A stretch of 64,000 bases of DNA from Candidatus Cloacimonadales bacterium (GTDB taxonomy: Bacteria > Cloacimonadota > Cloacimonadia > Cloacimonadales > JAFGVF01), in NCBI GenBank assembly GCA_963667035.1, contig OY762964.1, forward strand, positions 992,001-1,056,000, read 5' to 3'. Under the pieces are notes generated by a model. That model did not search any database. It was not told the DNA's origin and worked only from the letters and a program-made list of their open reading frames with translations. Position 1 is the stretch's first letter. Each line of letters opens with the position of its first letter. This document shows positions 49,421 to 59,652 of this stretch, one piece after another. The translations under genes were made by a program, and so were the position numbers.

Positions 49421-50482
49421 TTAGAATTTGAAAGGATAGAGGTCAAATTTCTCATCTATTCTTTTAATGAATTCAGCGGTCAATCTAGCAGTGTTCTCTA
49501 AGTCCTTAAGACTTACTACTTCATTTGGACTGTGCATGTAACGATTAGGTATACTTATCAGAGCTGACGGGACACCATTTTTGTTAGAGAAAATAGAATC
49601 GAGGTCAGTACCGGTTATCATTGTAGAAATTTCGTATTGAACAGGGATTTTGCATTCGTTAGCAGTTTCTTTTAATAATGCTAACGCTTTATCATTGATA
49701 TTTGCTCCTAAGCATAAAACCGGACCGTCACCTAAGGCTATGTCTCCATATACCTTTTTATCAACACCCGGATGGTCGGAAGTAAAAGTAACATCAAATA
49801 CGATTGCTAAATCAGGGTCTATTTTGTGTGAACTTGTCTTTGCACCAAATCCGCCAATCTCTTCTTTAACCGAAGCAACGCTATATACATCAGCATAAGT
49901 TTTATCTTCTGCTAGAAGTTCTTGAACCACACCGGCAACAAAAACACCTGCCTTATTATCCGTAGCCTTTGTTGCTACAAGGTCTCCGTGTAATACTTCA
50001 TAGTCGGCATTATATGTTACTATATCACCAATAGCCACTCTTTTTAAAGCATCTTTCTTATCTTTTGCACCAATATCGAACCAAATGTCATTGAGTTTGA
50101 TTTTGCCTTCATCACCTTGTATCATGTGGGCTGCTTTACGTCCTGCGATTGCTCTGACAATTTTACCTTCATGATGAATATTCATTCTCAATGCAGGAAG
50201 AATAGAGGCGTCTATACCACCGATTCGCTTGCAATAGATATAACCGTCTTCAGTTATATGACTAACCATTAATCCTATTTCATCTGCATGTCCTACAAGC
50301 ATAACCGAGAATTTGCCTTTACCTTTCTTGTGGGCAATAACGTTACCATTAACATCTACTTCTACATTGTCCGCAAACTGTTTTACGAAATCATAGTAAA
50401 CTTTCTGAGCCGGTTTCTCATAACCGGAAGGACTATATGATGTAACAAGATTCTTAAAGAATGTTTTGTGTTGTGTTTTCAT
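49421..50482 (-). CDS. M42 family aminopeptidase
   Basis: SPSGYE, GHADEIG, DNKAG, KEEIG, DVT, GTD, RYMHSP; GGAG favours the ATG at 50482. Confidence 0.9.
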   Translation of the reverse strand: MKTQHKTFFKNLVTSYSPSGYEKPAQKVYYDFVKQFADNVEVDVNGNVIAHKKGKGKFSVMLVGHADEIGLMVSHITEDGYIYCKRIGGIDASILPALRMNIHHEGKIVRAIAGRKAAHMIQGDEGKIKLNDIWFDIGAKDKKDALKRVAIGDIVTYNADYEVLHGDLVATKATDNKAGVFVAGVVQELLAEDKTYADVYSVASVKEEIGGFGAKTSSHKIDPDLAIVFDVTFTSDHPGVDKKVYGDIALGDGPVLCLGANINDKALALLKETANECKIPVQYEISTMITGTDLDSIFSNKNGVPSALISIPNRYMHSPNEVVSLKDLENTARLTAEFIKRIDEKFDLYPFKF

Positions 50483-50562
50483 TTTTATCTCCAAATTGTG
50501 TATTTAAATGCCTTTTTCAAACATTTTAAGAGTATTAATTATGCTCAAAACTTTTGAAACTA

Positions 50563-50599
50563 ATGAAATAGGGAGGTAACAGTAACGAAACCTCCCTAT
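50563..50599 (-). terminator. Probable terminator after the cupin gene
   Basis: ATAGGGAGGT/ACCTCCCTAT 10-bp stem; weak U tract. Confidence 0.5.
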
Positions 50600-50604
50600 A
50601 TTAT

Positions 50605-51006
50605 TTAACAGTTATTTGCAACTCCGGCTGCAAATGGGTTCTTAACTTTCTTCTTAGGTGCTTCCTGTTCAGGATGAGGAATTATGCAGAGGAAACGCAT
50701 CATGGAATCACCAACATTCTTAAACTGATGATTCATATTCGGGTCAACATATATGCAGTCCCATTGTCCGAATTTTTGGTTTCCACGGTCAGTTATGAAT
50801 TCACCTTCTCCTTCAAGCACAAAAACTTCATGCTCCCAAGCATGTTTATGGAATGGTGTATTCCCACCTGCTTCTATCTCAAACATTCTGAGAGCAAAGT
50901 TGGGAGCTCCGTCTTTTTGCCCTATCATCCAACGAATCTTTGCATTAACTGCACCTTCAACATTGACATCTTCAAGTTCTATGTCTTTATAATTAGCTAT
51001 TTTCAT
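50605..51006 (-). CDS. Cupin-domain protein
   Basis: TPFHKHAWEHEVFVLEG and HQFKN cupin motifs; GGAGG RBS. Confidence 0.9.
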   Translation of the reverse strand: MKIANYKDIELEDVNVEGAVNAKIRWMIGQKDGAPNFALRMFEIEAGGNTPFHKHAWEHEVFVLEGEGEFITDRGNQKFGQWDCIYVDPNMNHQFKNVGDSMMRFLCIIPHPEQEAPKKKVKNPFAAGVANNC

Positions 51007-51180
51007 TGTTCCTCCGTTGAAATATTTTTATGTCATTTACGCTTTGAGATAGATTAAGTCAATTAAAATCATCAGCAAATCTTCTTTGCATTGCTTTGTT
51101 AAAGAATACTATTAATTTTTACAAATCAGTTTGCAACAATTCACACTTTTTTGAACTGTTATTCTGCCGACTTCGTCGTC

Positions 51181-51352
51181 ACAGCAACTCAGGGGAGTTG
51201 CTGTACATATAGACGACATCGTCTTCGTCGATGTTGAACTAACGCAGTCAATTCACTGCTAAATCCTTTACTTATCATGACATGGGTTTTAACCCATGGT
51301 ACCGGGTACGCGAGCTTCCAGCTCGCATTAGGATATGCCTGCAGGATGCCGG
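51181..51352. repeat. Cluster of REP-like short palindromes
   Basis: ACAGCAACTC/GAGTTGCTGT (51181-51204), ACATCG/CGATGT (51216-51234), CATGGGTT/AACCCATG (51281-51298), GCGAGCT/AGCTCGC (51310-51326). Confidence 0.65.
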
Positions 51353-52741
51353 TGGCGAGTGACCCTTAAAAGTATCCACCCTAGGGAGGTCAAAGTTTTA
51401 CCAAGAAAAATACTACGTAAACTACATGATATAATATCATCAATAGAGACCGGTGTCTTTATGGGTTATATACTTGATAAAAATGCAGTTAATCAGTTAA
51501 AGGAATATTTTAATGAATTGGATTATTTCTAGAGAAATGCAGAGTAAATGTTTCATCCACGCAATGAGCGTAGCGAATGGAGGGGATGAAACATTCGCCT
51601 TGAATACTTGGATTATATATATCCTACAAAAAAAGAGTGCCAGCAATCTAAGAATTAGATATACTGACACTTATGTCATACTTAGAGATGAGATTACTCA
51701 GTAAAGAATTTAAGTCAAGAACTCTTTTACGGTATCAGATGTATACTCTTTCAATGCAGCATGGCATATCTGAAACAGCTAGGATGTTAGGCACAACCAG
51801 AAAGACTGTTCGTCTCTGGAGAAATAGGTATCTTGAGCTTGGAGAGGCAGGTCTCGAGAATAAGTCCAGGGTTGGTCAGGAACATCCTCTGAAGATGCCA
51901 AAAGATATTGAAGATGCTATCATCAAAGAACGTAAAGATCGTGGCAATCCCGGAGCTCGCACTATAGTAAATAATCTGAAATTGCATTACTCAGCAAAGA
52001 CCGTTCATAAGGTATTAAAGAGACATAAGCTTGTTTTGAAAAGAAAAACAAGATACAAGAAAAAGAAAGATATGTCAGCTGTAAGAGCACACTATAAGCC
52101 TATGCAGAAACTTCAGCTTGATGTTAAATACCTAAATGATATTGCTAAACAGAGTAGAGCATATGAGTCCGGCGCAATACCTATGTTTCAGATTACTGCC
52201 AGAGATTACAAGACAGGAATGGTATTTCTAGGCTTTACAAACTATAAAGATGATCTCTCAACTGCCATTTTTGCTGATTACGTAATTGAATACCTAAAAG
52301 GGTTACATTGCTCTCCTAATGATATTACTTTCCAAACAGATAACGGTACTGAATTTATTGAACCTCTTCATAGTAGAGTCACAATCTTTGAAGAAATCTT
52401 AAACAAGCATGGAGTAACTCATGTTCGTATACCTCCAAAATCTCCAACATTCAACAGTGATGTAGAAAGCTTTCACAACACCATAGAACAAGAATTATAT
52501 GATTATGAAGAGTTTAGAGATATTATATCTTTCATTAGTAAAGTCTTCATATATCAGACTTACTACAACCATATTCGTAAAATCAGGACTAGAGGTAACA
52601 AGGCCCCCGTTGAGTTAGTCGCAGAATATGGACTTAAGGCTAAAACTGCTGATTTATGCTTTATCCCCATATTCTGCGACTCTTTTAGAAAGAATTTTCT
52701 TGCTAATTACAAAACTGGATACTTTAAAGGGTTACCTCCCA
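51353..52741 (+). mobile_element. IS481-like insertion sequence, about 1.39 kb
   Basis: Imperfect terminal inverted repeats TGGCGAGTGACCCTTAAAAGTATCCA / TGGATACTTTAAAGGGTTACCTCCCA; flanking direct repeat CCTGCAGGATGCCGG at 51338-51352 and 52742-52756. Confidence 0.85.
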
Positions 52742-52770
52742 CCTGCAGGATGCCGGCGTACCAATCGTAG
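51673..52770 (+). CDS. IS481-like DDE (rve) transposase
   Basis: N-terminal HTH (TARMLGTTRKTVRLW.NRY...G..GL), QLDVK, QTDNGTEF, NSDVESFH DDE motifs. Confidence 0.88.
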   Translation: MSYLEMRLLSKEFKSRTLLRYQMYTLSMQHGISETARMLGTTRKTVRLWRNRYLELGEAGLENKSRVGQEHPLKMPKDIEDAIIKERKDRGNPGARTIVNNLKLHYSAKTVHKVLKRHKLVLKRKTRYKKKKDMSAVRAHYKPMQKLQLDVKYLNDIAKQSRAYESGAIPMFQITARDYKTGMVFLGFTNYKDDLSTAIFADYVIEYLKGLHCSPNDITFQTDNGTEFIEPLHSRVTIFEEILNKHGVTHVRIPPKSPTFNSDVESFHNTIEQELYDYEEFRDIISFISKVFIYQTYYNHIRKIRTRGNKAPVELVAEYGLKAKTADLCFIPIFCDSFRKNFLANYKTGYFKGLPPTCRMPAYQS

Positions 52771-52836
52771 TGCATCTATACCTCTAAAATCTTGCTATTT
52801 TCCTATTATCACCCACTATTATCATCTTTCTACCAT

Positions 52837-52920
52837 CCTTTAGGGCGACTTCTAAAGACATTGGAACCGGATTGGTCCCACCAAGGAGCCTCCTTGGACC
52901 CTCCTTGGCGAAGGCCAAAG
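52837..52920. repeat. Degenerate 11-bp-periodic CCWWGG element
   Basis: CATTGG 52859, GATTGG 52870, CCAAGG 52881, CCTTGG 52892, CCTTGG 52903. Confidence 0.5.
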
Positions 52921-53135
52921 TTGTCCACATCGTGTGGATAACTTTCACCATAGAGTTTCTTTGGTTTTTAATAGTATTGCAGAAGGGGTGTAACAGGTTC
53001 ATGACATGTTCATTAAATTGGTGAGTCATAACTATATTAAAAAATTTTATAATACCTAACTCTTCTCAGTATTAGTTAACATTGAGATTAATACTTGCTC
53101 GAGGCTATATAAAAGGTTAGCCTTTAGGTGGAGGA

Positions 53136-55265
53136 ATGATTATGAAATTAATATATATATTTGCTATAATACTTACACTGATGAGCAGTCTGTCGGCAGT
53201 TTGGGAGAAAACCAACGGTCCGACAGGAGGATATGTAAATAGAATTTATGAATGGAACGGAGATCTCTATGTGGCGACAGGGGGCTCTTTAGGCGAGAAC
53301 GGTAGTGTTTACAAATCGAGTGATAATGGAGACACTTGGAATCTTTGTAGCAGCAATTTCAATCTAAACTTTGGTGTATTCGATTTAGCCGGTAACAGCA
53401 CTTATCTTTTTGCTGGAACTAAGGGTTTAGGATTATATAGAACAGATAATCCGGACAATGGTTGGACTAATATAGATAGCATTGATGGGTTAGGGCAAAT
53501 CAATATTACTAGTCTTTTTGCTGAGGATAATATTTTAGTGATCGGAACATTATCTGACGGAGTCTTTGTTTCCTATGATGACGGAGAGAACTGGCAATCA
53601 CTAAATTATAATCTATCAGGAAACTCACAAAGGATAAATGATATAATAAGGGTTAATGATTATTTAGTAATCGGAACTCCCAGTGGGGCTTACAAACTCG
53701 ATGATGAGAACTGGAGTTTGCTTGATAATCAACTACAGAATTACGTATACGAAATGGATTATGACGGGGAATATGTGTTTGTTTCCGGTGTAAATGCTTC
53801 GTACAGATTCAATCCGGATACCTTGGAATTAGTAGCATTACCTTTTACTAACAGTAAGTGGTTCAAGCACTACGATAGCACAGTTTATACTTCGGAGAAT
53901 CAAACCATATATACTTCACAAGACTCAGGGGTAAACTGGAATTCGATAGAACTTGTAGATTTCAATACAAATCTTAGGATAAACGACTTTGTTATTAGTG
54001 ACGATGCATGGTTAATTGCCAATGAAGTTTTTTCAGTATTCAAATCAAATGATCAGGGACAGACATGGTCAAGAAGCTCTAAAGGTATATCTAACATTAC
54101 TGTTAACGATATGACCGAATATCAAGATAATCTTTATGCTACTTCCGAGTTTGCAGATTTCGGACTTGTTTACTCTACGGATAATCAGGGAGATGATTGG
54201 GATATTGTTGAAGGAGGTTTGGATATTTTCGGATATGATTTCATATTCAGTAATAATCAGATAATGCTAGTTTCTTCTTTCGGGTTCGGACTATACCGTT
54301 CTGAGGATGGTGTGAACTGGCAACATTTGAATCAAAATGATTATCCTCCTTCTTATTCAGGTCAGATAATTGAGCATGAAGGTTCAATTTATACAGGAGC
54401 AAAAGGATTCTTGATTGACGTATACAAAAGTACTGATTCGGGGAATTCATTTCAAGCTCTTTCAGTTCCGGGAGAGGGAGACATTATTGCACTCCTATCA
54501 ATGGGAGATATGATTGTTTACGGGAGAACCGATAATGTTTACTATTCGAATGATGAAGGTGAGAATTGGAATGTTTTGGGAAACGGATTTCAGAGTTTAC
54601 CTTTTATTACTCAGTTAGTTGATTATCTTGGAACAGTCTTTACAATAGCTAACAGACAAATCTATTACTTGGATAACAATAATGATTGGATTCATTTTGA
54701 GATGCCGGATAATGCTCAAGTCGCTTCTTTGAAAACAATTGATAATACTTTGTTAATCGGTACTTATAATAATGGATTGTACACTTATAATCAGCAAGAT
54801 AGCTTTAGTTTGATGAATGAGGGTCTTCCTGTAGGAGATAATGGTTTGTCTCCTAAGATAATGTGTATTAAAACTTATGATGATAATGTGTACTTAAGTG
54901 TAGAAATGTATGGAATTTATAAAGAACAACTTAGTGTAGTATCTTCAATAGATAAAACTATACCCTTAACTTCAAATAAGTTATCAGTATATCCTAATCC
55001 GATAACTGGTACTACAGAGAAGGTTAATCTCAGGATAGAAGATGAATCTCTTACTAAAAGTATTAACAAAACTGATGTATCTGTATACAATTTAAAGGGA
55101 CAAAGAATCAGAGTTTTACATAAAGGGTTTTCAAATGTTTCTGATAAGGATATCCAATGGGATGGAAAAGATGATAATTCAATGTCTGTTTCGTCCGGAG
55201 TCTATTTCTTCAAGGTAGAATCAGGAAATGAAACTAATACTGCTAAAGTTGTTATCATAAGGTAA
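53136..55265 (+). CDS. Secreted BNR/Asp-box beta-propeller protein with FlgD-Ig/T9SS-like C-terminal domain
   Basis: Signal peptide; repeated S.D.G..W Asp boxes; C-terminal VYPNP...VYNLKGQRIR...WDGKD...SSGVYF. Confidence 0.85.
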   Translation: MIMKLIYIFAIILTLMSSLSAVWEKTNGPTGGYVNRIYEWNGDLYVATGGSLGENGSVYKSSDNGDTWNLCSSNFNLNFGVFDLAGNSTYLFAGTKGLGLYRTDNPDNGWTNIDSIDGLGQINITSLFAEDNILVIGTLSDGVFVSYDDGENWQSLNYNLSGNSQRINDIIRVNDYLVIGTPSGAYKLDDENWSLLDNQLQNYVYEMDYDGEYVFVSGVNASYRFNPDTLELVALPFTNSKWFKHYDSTVYTSENQTIYTSQDSGVNWNSIELVDFNTNLRINDFVISDDAWLIANEVFSVFKSNDQGQTWSRSSKGISNITVNDMTEYQDNLYATSEFADFGLVYSTDNQGDDWDIVEGGLDIFGYDFIFSNNQIMLVSSFGFGLYRSEDGVNWQHLNQNDYPPSYSGQIIEHEGSIYTGAKGFLIDVYKSTDSGNSFQALSVPGEGDIIALLSMGDMIVYGRTDNVYYSNDEGENWNVLGNGFQSLPFITQLVDYLGTVFTIANRQIYYLDNNNDWIHFEMPDNAQVASLKTIDNTLLIGTYNNGLYTYNQQDSFSLMNEGLPVGDNGLSPKIMCIKTYDDNVYLSVEMYGIYKEQLSVVSSIDKTIPLTSNKLSVYPNPITGTTEKVNLRIEDESLTKSINKTDVSVYNLKGQRIRVLHKGFSNVSDKDIQWDGKDDNSMSVSSGVYFFKVESGNETNTAKVVIIR

Positions 55266-55479
55266 TTTTATCGAGATTATATGAGAAATACATATAAATA
55301 AGTATTACTATATATATGTGCTTTTCTGTGATTATGTCATTGAAATACACAAAGTTATTGCTTCAATTTCTAAAGATTCTAAACTTCTTGACACTGTGAA
55401 TACAGGGCAAACATTTGCGTCGAAATAATGTAAGATAGTAAATCTATTGATCGTGGAAACATGACCTAATTGGAGCAAT

Positions 55480-56922
55480 ATGAATCCGTTCCTGTTTTCA
55501 ATACCGGAAACAAGTGACAATCTGCAATCCGATATACAAACTTTTATGTTTAATGGCTATAGACCATTAGCATATTATATGGATGCAGATAAGAAAATTA
55601 CTTGTTTATTTGGGAATGATAATACTCATAAAGTTGAACTTTTAAGGTTCAATCTTCTCGAAGGTAATAGATACCCGTGTTTAACCAATAGCTTTAAGCA
55701 ATTTCACATGTTTGAAAGAGAACTATGGGAAGAAACAGGTATTCTGCCGGAATCTCATCCCTGGTTAAAGCCTCTTCGCTATCCCAATGAAATATCAAGA
55801 CATAGTATAAAAGATCATCCCTTCTTAAAAGCTACTTCCGAATCTATGCATGAAGTAGCGGTAGGACCGGTTCATGCAGGAGTTATAGAACCTGGACATT
55901 TCCGTTTCCTATGCGAAGGAGAAGATGTTCATCATCTTGAGATTCAACTAGGCTATCAACATAGAGGAATCAGGGCATTACTGGAAAAAGGCGATGTCAG
56001 AAATAAGATTCATCTGGCGGAAGCAATTGCCGGAGATACAGCTATAGGACATGGTCTTGCTTATTGTAGAGCAATAGAAAAATTATGCGAAGTAAATGTA
56101 CCTGATAATGTTCAAACGGTCAGAGCTATTGCCCTTGAAATGGAACGTACCGCAATGCATTTAGCCGACCTTTCTGCTTTAGCAGGAGATATTGGTTATT
56201 TAATAGGACTTAACTATTTTGCCGCTGTAAGAACAAAAGTAATAAATCTATCTCTTCATATTTGTGGTAGTAGATTTGGAAAGCGTTGGTTATGCCCCGG
56301 TGGAATCAATTACGGTATTAGTCATGAGCAAAACGAATACATGATGAAGCTTTTGACAACTATAAGAGAAGATATAAGGGTTATGGGAACCGCAATGTTC
56401 AACGATGCTAGCGTACTTTCTCGTTTTGACGGAACAGGTCATGTTGATGCAAAATCAATTGAAGATTTAAATTTCAGTGGTATGGTAGCAAGAAGTGGGG
56501 GAGTGTTACGCGATTCCAGAAGGACTTATCCGTTTTTTCCTTATGCCCAATTTGAAGAATCGATAATATTACCTCAGGGAGATGTTTTTGCTAGAGCATT
56601 TCTGAGATACAAAGAGAGCATACAATCAATAGACTTTTGTCTTAAATTGCTCTCAAATTTACCTGAGACTCCGTCTTATCAAGCTCCTTTATCAAGACCA
56701 AAAGCTAATGTGATTGTTGCTTCTATCGTGGAAGGTTGGAGAGGTGAAATAATCCATATTATCAGAACCGATGAAGATAGTAATACTATGTCATATAGAA
56801 TTTATGATCCATCATTTCATAATTGGATGGCTTTGGCACTGGCTGTGCGAGATAACGGTATCTCTGATTTCCCTGTATGCAATAAGAGCTTTAATCTTTC
56901 TTATTGTGGTAATGACTTATGA
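55480..56922 (+). CDS. Ehr/HyfG-like large subunit (NuoCD-like), lacking Ni-binding CxxC motifs
   Basis: ERE, VGPVHAGVIEPGHFRF, LGYQHRG, EGWRGE, DPSFHNW; AEAIAGD and NLSYCGNDL in place of the L1/L2 motifs. Confidence 0.88.
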   Translation: MNPFLFSIPETSDNLQSDIQTFMFNGYRPLAYYMDADKKITCLFGNDNTHKVELLRFNLLEGNRYPCLTNSFKQFHMFERELWEETGILPESHPWLKPLRYPNEISRHSIKDHPFLKATSESMHEVAVGPVHAGVIEPGHFRFLCEGEDVHHLEIQLGYQHRGIRALLEKGDVRNKIHLAEAIAGDTAIGHGLAYCRAIEKLCEVNVPDNVQTVRAIALEMERTAMHLADLSALAGDIGYLIGLNYFAAVRTKVINLSLHICGSRFGKRWLCPGGINYGISHEQNEYMMKLLTTIREDIRVMGTAMFNDASVLSRFDGTGHVDAKSIEDLNFSGMVARSGGVLRDSRRTYPFFPYAQFEESIILPQGDVFARAFLRYKESIQSIDFCLKLLSNLPETPSYQAPLSRPKANVIVASIVEGWRGEIIHIIRTDEDSNTMSYRIYDPSFHNWMALALAVRDNGISDFPVCNKSFNLSYCGNDL

Positions 56923-56938
56923 TAAGGGAGAGGTAATA

Positions 56939-57721
56939 ATGAAACTAAGACCTGTAACCGGTTTGTCCTTGATTGATTTGTTAAAAGCTAGATTACGTCA
57001 TGGTGACCAGGCTATTCCGGATCCACGAAAAGCAGTAACCGATAAAGCTTTTCCGGGTTTTCCTACATTTGATAAATCAGATAAGGATATTTGGAACAAT
57101 GCAATAGAAAACTGTCCTACCGGAGCAATTGGAGAGGATGGTCTTGATCTTGGACGTTGCGTATTCTGTGGAGAGTGTCAAAGAAAGTTTCCGGATACAT
57201 TTGTATTCACAAATTCGGTGAAGATGGGAGCTTCCGATAGAAAAACTCTCGTGTTAACAGGTAGTCAATCTCCTGAAGAATATGCAGAGAAGTCAATTGC
57301 TTCTTCTACTGATATTAGAAAGTTGTATGGTAGGTCATTCAAATTACGCTCTGTTTCTGCCGGTGGCTGTGGAGCTTGTGAACTTGAACTTAATGCCTCT
57401 ACAAATGTAAACTTTGATATTAACAGATACGGAATAGATATAGTGGCATCTCCAAGACATGCAGATGCTTTAGTGATTACCGGACCTATAACTAAGAACA
57501 TGGCTCATGCTTTAGAAGAAACGTGGAATGCAATCCCTGCTCCTAAAATCCTTATCCTGGCAGGAGCATGTGCTATTAGTGGTGGTTTGTTCTCTGATTC
57601 AAACACTTTAAATCGCTCTTTCTTAGACAAATTTGAATCTATATTATATCTTCCCGGATGTCCCGTTCATCCTTTAACAATTGTACATGGAATAACTTCA
57701 TTACTGGGGAGGAATAAATGA
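56939..57721 (+). CDS. Ehr small subunit: partial ferredoxin fused to NuoB/HyfI-like domain
   Basis: CPTGAI..CVFCGEC; SAGGCGACE, ASPRHAD, GACA, PGCP; GGGAGAGG RBS before the ATG at 56939. Confidence 0.88.
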   Translation: MKLRPVTGLSLIDLLKARLRHGDQAIPDPRKAVTDKAFPGFPTFDKSDKDIWNNAIENCPTGAIGEDGLDLGRCVFCGECQRKFPDTFVFTNSVKMGASDRKTLVLTGSQSPEEYAEKSIASSTDIRKLYGRSFKLRSVSAGGCGACELELNASTNVNFDINRYGIDIVASPRHADALVITGPITKNMAHALEETWNAIPAPKILILAGACAISGGLFSDSNTLNRSFLDKFESILYLPGCPVHPLTIVHGITSLLGRNK

Positions 57722-59652
57722 CTCCACAAATTTTGTTTGCAATAGCTATGTCACTAATGGTTGCTTCCCTACCTGCATCAATGCTTGGTTGGCGTAAACT
57801 ATTTACTGCTTTATCAGTAATTGGAGTGGGAATTATTGGGGCAATAGCTTTCATTTGGCATCCCATAGATATGGACGTTATATCCTTAGCATCATTTAAT
57901 CTTGGTACATTCCATGTGGAACTTGGACTTACTTGGCTTTCATCACTTTTTGCAATTATTTTATCGATAGGCTGTTTGTTGGGATTAGTGCATGGATATT
58001 TTTACTTAGATAATAGTACCAAAGGTATACGTTCTCATGGCTTCTTTTTGGCTTTGTTAGTAATAAGCTTGCAGCTTACGGTTCTTGCTAGAGATGCTTT
58101 GATGCTATTCTTTGCTTGGGAGTTAATGGGATTCTCATCTTTCTTTTCGATACTGGTAGAGCGTGATAAAGCAACATGGAAAGCTGCTAAATACTATCTT
58201 ATATTCATGCAAACGGGAGCTGCAGTATTGCTTACCGGAATTGCAATGGCTTTTCATCATACAGGAAGTCTCAGTTTTGATAAATGGATTAATCTACCTA
58301 CTTTGAATGCCATAATTCTTATAGTAGGATTTGCTTTTAAAGCCGGATTCTTTCCATTCCATCCATGGCTTCCCGTTGCACATCCAATGGCTCCGGGTCA
58401 CGTTTCTGGAATGATGTCAGGGTTACTAACAAAGACAGGAATCTATGGAATACTATTGATATTGATGTCCTTTACTCCTTCTCTTTTGACACTTTACATT
58501 TTTGGAGCGGTTGCTCTTATTACAGCTCTTACAGGAGTTTTTCACGCTTTAGCAGAAACAGATATAAAGCGGATACTTGCTTGGTCCAGTATTGAAAATA
58601 TTGGCATAATAGGACTAGGAATTGTATTTGCTTGGTTCGGAAGAATACTAAACATTCCTTCTATTGCTTTACTCGGTATATTGGGAGCTCTATTGCATTG
58701 TGTTAATCATTCACTCTTTAAACCTATGCTATTCTACTTATCCGGCAATATTCAGCATCAAGTTCATGATAGGGAAATTAATCATTTGGGTGGTTTGCAG
58801 AAATTGATGCCTGTTACCGGAGTTCTCTTCTTTGTAGGATCAATTGCAATTGCAGGACTACCTTTAATGAATGGATTCATCTCTGAGTTTCTTGTTTTTC
58901 TGAGTATTCTCAAAGGATTTAGAGTTCACGATATAGGTTTCAACATTGCTGCTATAATTGGTTTGTCAGGACTTGCTTATGTCGCATCAATAGCTTTGTT
59001 TGCTTTTGCCAGAATGTATGGCTTGACCTTTCTGGGTGTTCCTAGGTCTCAAAAGGCTACAAATGCGAAGGAAACTAAGTACGAACTATGGATTGTTCCG
59101 ATAGTTCTATCGACTCTTTGTTTATTCGGTGGCTTGGCAGGAGATTTAATGCTTTCATGGATTTATGGATTCCTTCCAAAATCATTGCAAACATCTAATG
59201 GGGATTTTGTTGCCATAATAGAAAGATTTCAGTCATTCAGAATAGTTATTGTTATCGCTGTTGTTCTATTCATTGCTCTATATGCTTGGAGACGCTTGAA
59301 AGTGAAAGCAATAAAAGCCGATACTTGGGGGTGTGGATATGAGAAGCCATCTTCAAGAATGCAATATACTGCCACATCTTTTGTTCAACCTGTAGAGCCG
59401 ATACTGAATGTGTTCACCGGAAAAAAGAGGGATTTAGAATTTGATAATGAGCATTTCCCCACCAAGTTGTCATTAACTAGAGAAGTTAGTGATAGAGTTC
59501 AAAATACTCTTATAAAACCTCTAGTTCGGATTATAAATCGTTTCCTTGATCTCTTTGCCGGAGTTCAAAGTGGTAAAACACAAGTCTATATAACTTATGG
59601 CTTGGTCTTTTTATTAGTTGTACTAATTTGGGTAATTGTAGGTGAATCATGA
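57718..59652 (+). CDS. HyfB-like (NuoL/MrpA-type) antiporter-like subunit
   Basis: FAWELM, KAGFFPFHPWLP.AHP, LAWSSIENIG, NHSLFK, TWGCGY. Confidence 0.9.
   Translation: MTPQILFAIAMSLMVASLPASMLGWRKLFTALSVIGVGIIGAIAFIWHPIDMDVISLASFNLGTFHVELGLTWLSSLFAIILSIGCLLGLVHGYFYLDNSTKGIRSHGFFLALLVISLQLTVLARDALMLFFAWELMGFSSFFSILVERDKATWKAAKYYLIFMQTGAAVLLTGIAMAFHHTGSLSFDKWINLPTLNAIILIVGFAFKAGFFPFHPWLPVAHPMAPGHVSGMMSGLLTKTGIYGILLILMSFTPSLLTLYIFGAVALITALTGVFHALAETDIKRILAWSSIENIGIIGLGIVFAWFGRILNIPSIALLGILGALLHCVNHSLFKPMLFYLSGNIQHQVHDREINHLGGLQKLMPVTGVLFFVGSIAIAGLPLMNGFISEFLVFLSILKGFRVHDIGFNIAAIIGLSGLAYVASIALFAFARMYGLTFLGVPRSQKATNAKETKYELWIVPIVLSTLCLFGGLAGDLMLSWIYGFLPKSLQTSNGDFVAIIERFQSFRIVIVIAVVLFIALYAWRRLKVKAIKADTWGCGYEKPSSRMQYTATSFVQPVEPILNVFTGKKRDLEFDNEHFPTKLSLTREVSDRVQNTLIKPLVRIINRFLDLFAGVQSGKTQVYITYGLVFLLVVLIWVIVGES

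Noticed and set aside
50571..50580. GGGAGGTAAC matching the IS right inverted repeat
   Set aside because: Only 10 bp and part of a terminator-like stem; probably chance
51628..51635. A-AAA-AAG slippery motif upstream of the transposase
   Set aside because: A -1 shift from either upstream frame meets a stop before 51673, so it cannot fuse to the transposase
51335..51704. Two short ORFs in the left part of the IS
   Set aside because: No recognisable motifs; one begins outside the element; at most a decayed passenger
55480..56922. Formate hydrogenlyase / [NiFe] hydrogenase call
   Set aside because: Both Ni-binding CxxC motifs are absent and no fdh or hyp genes are nearby
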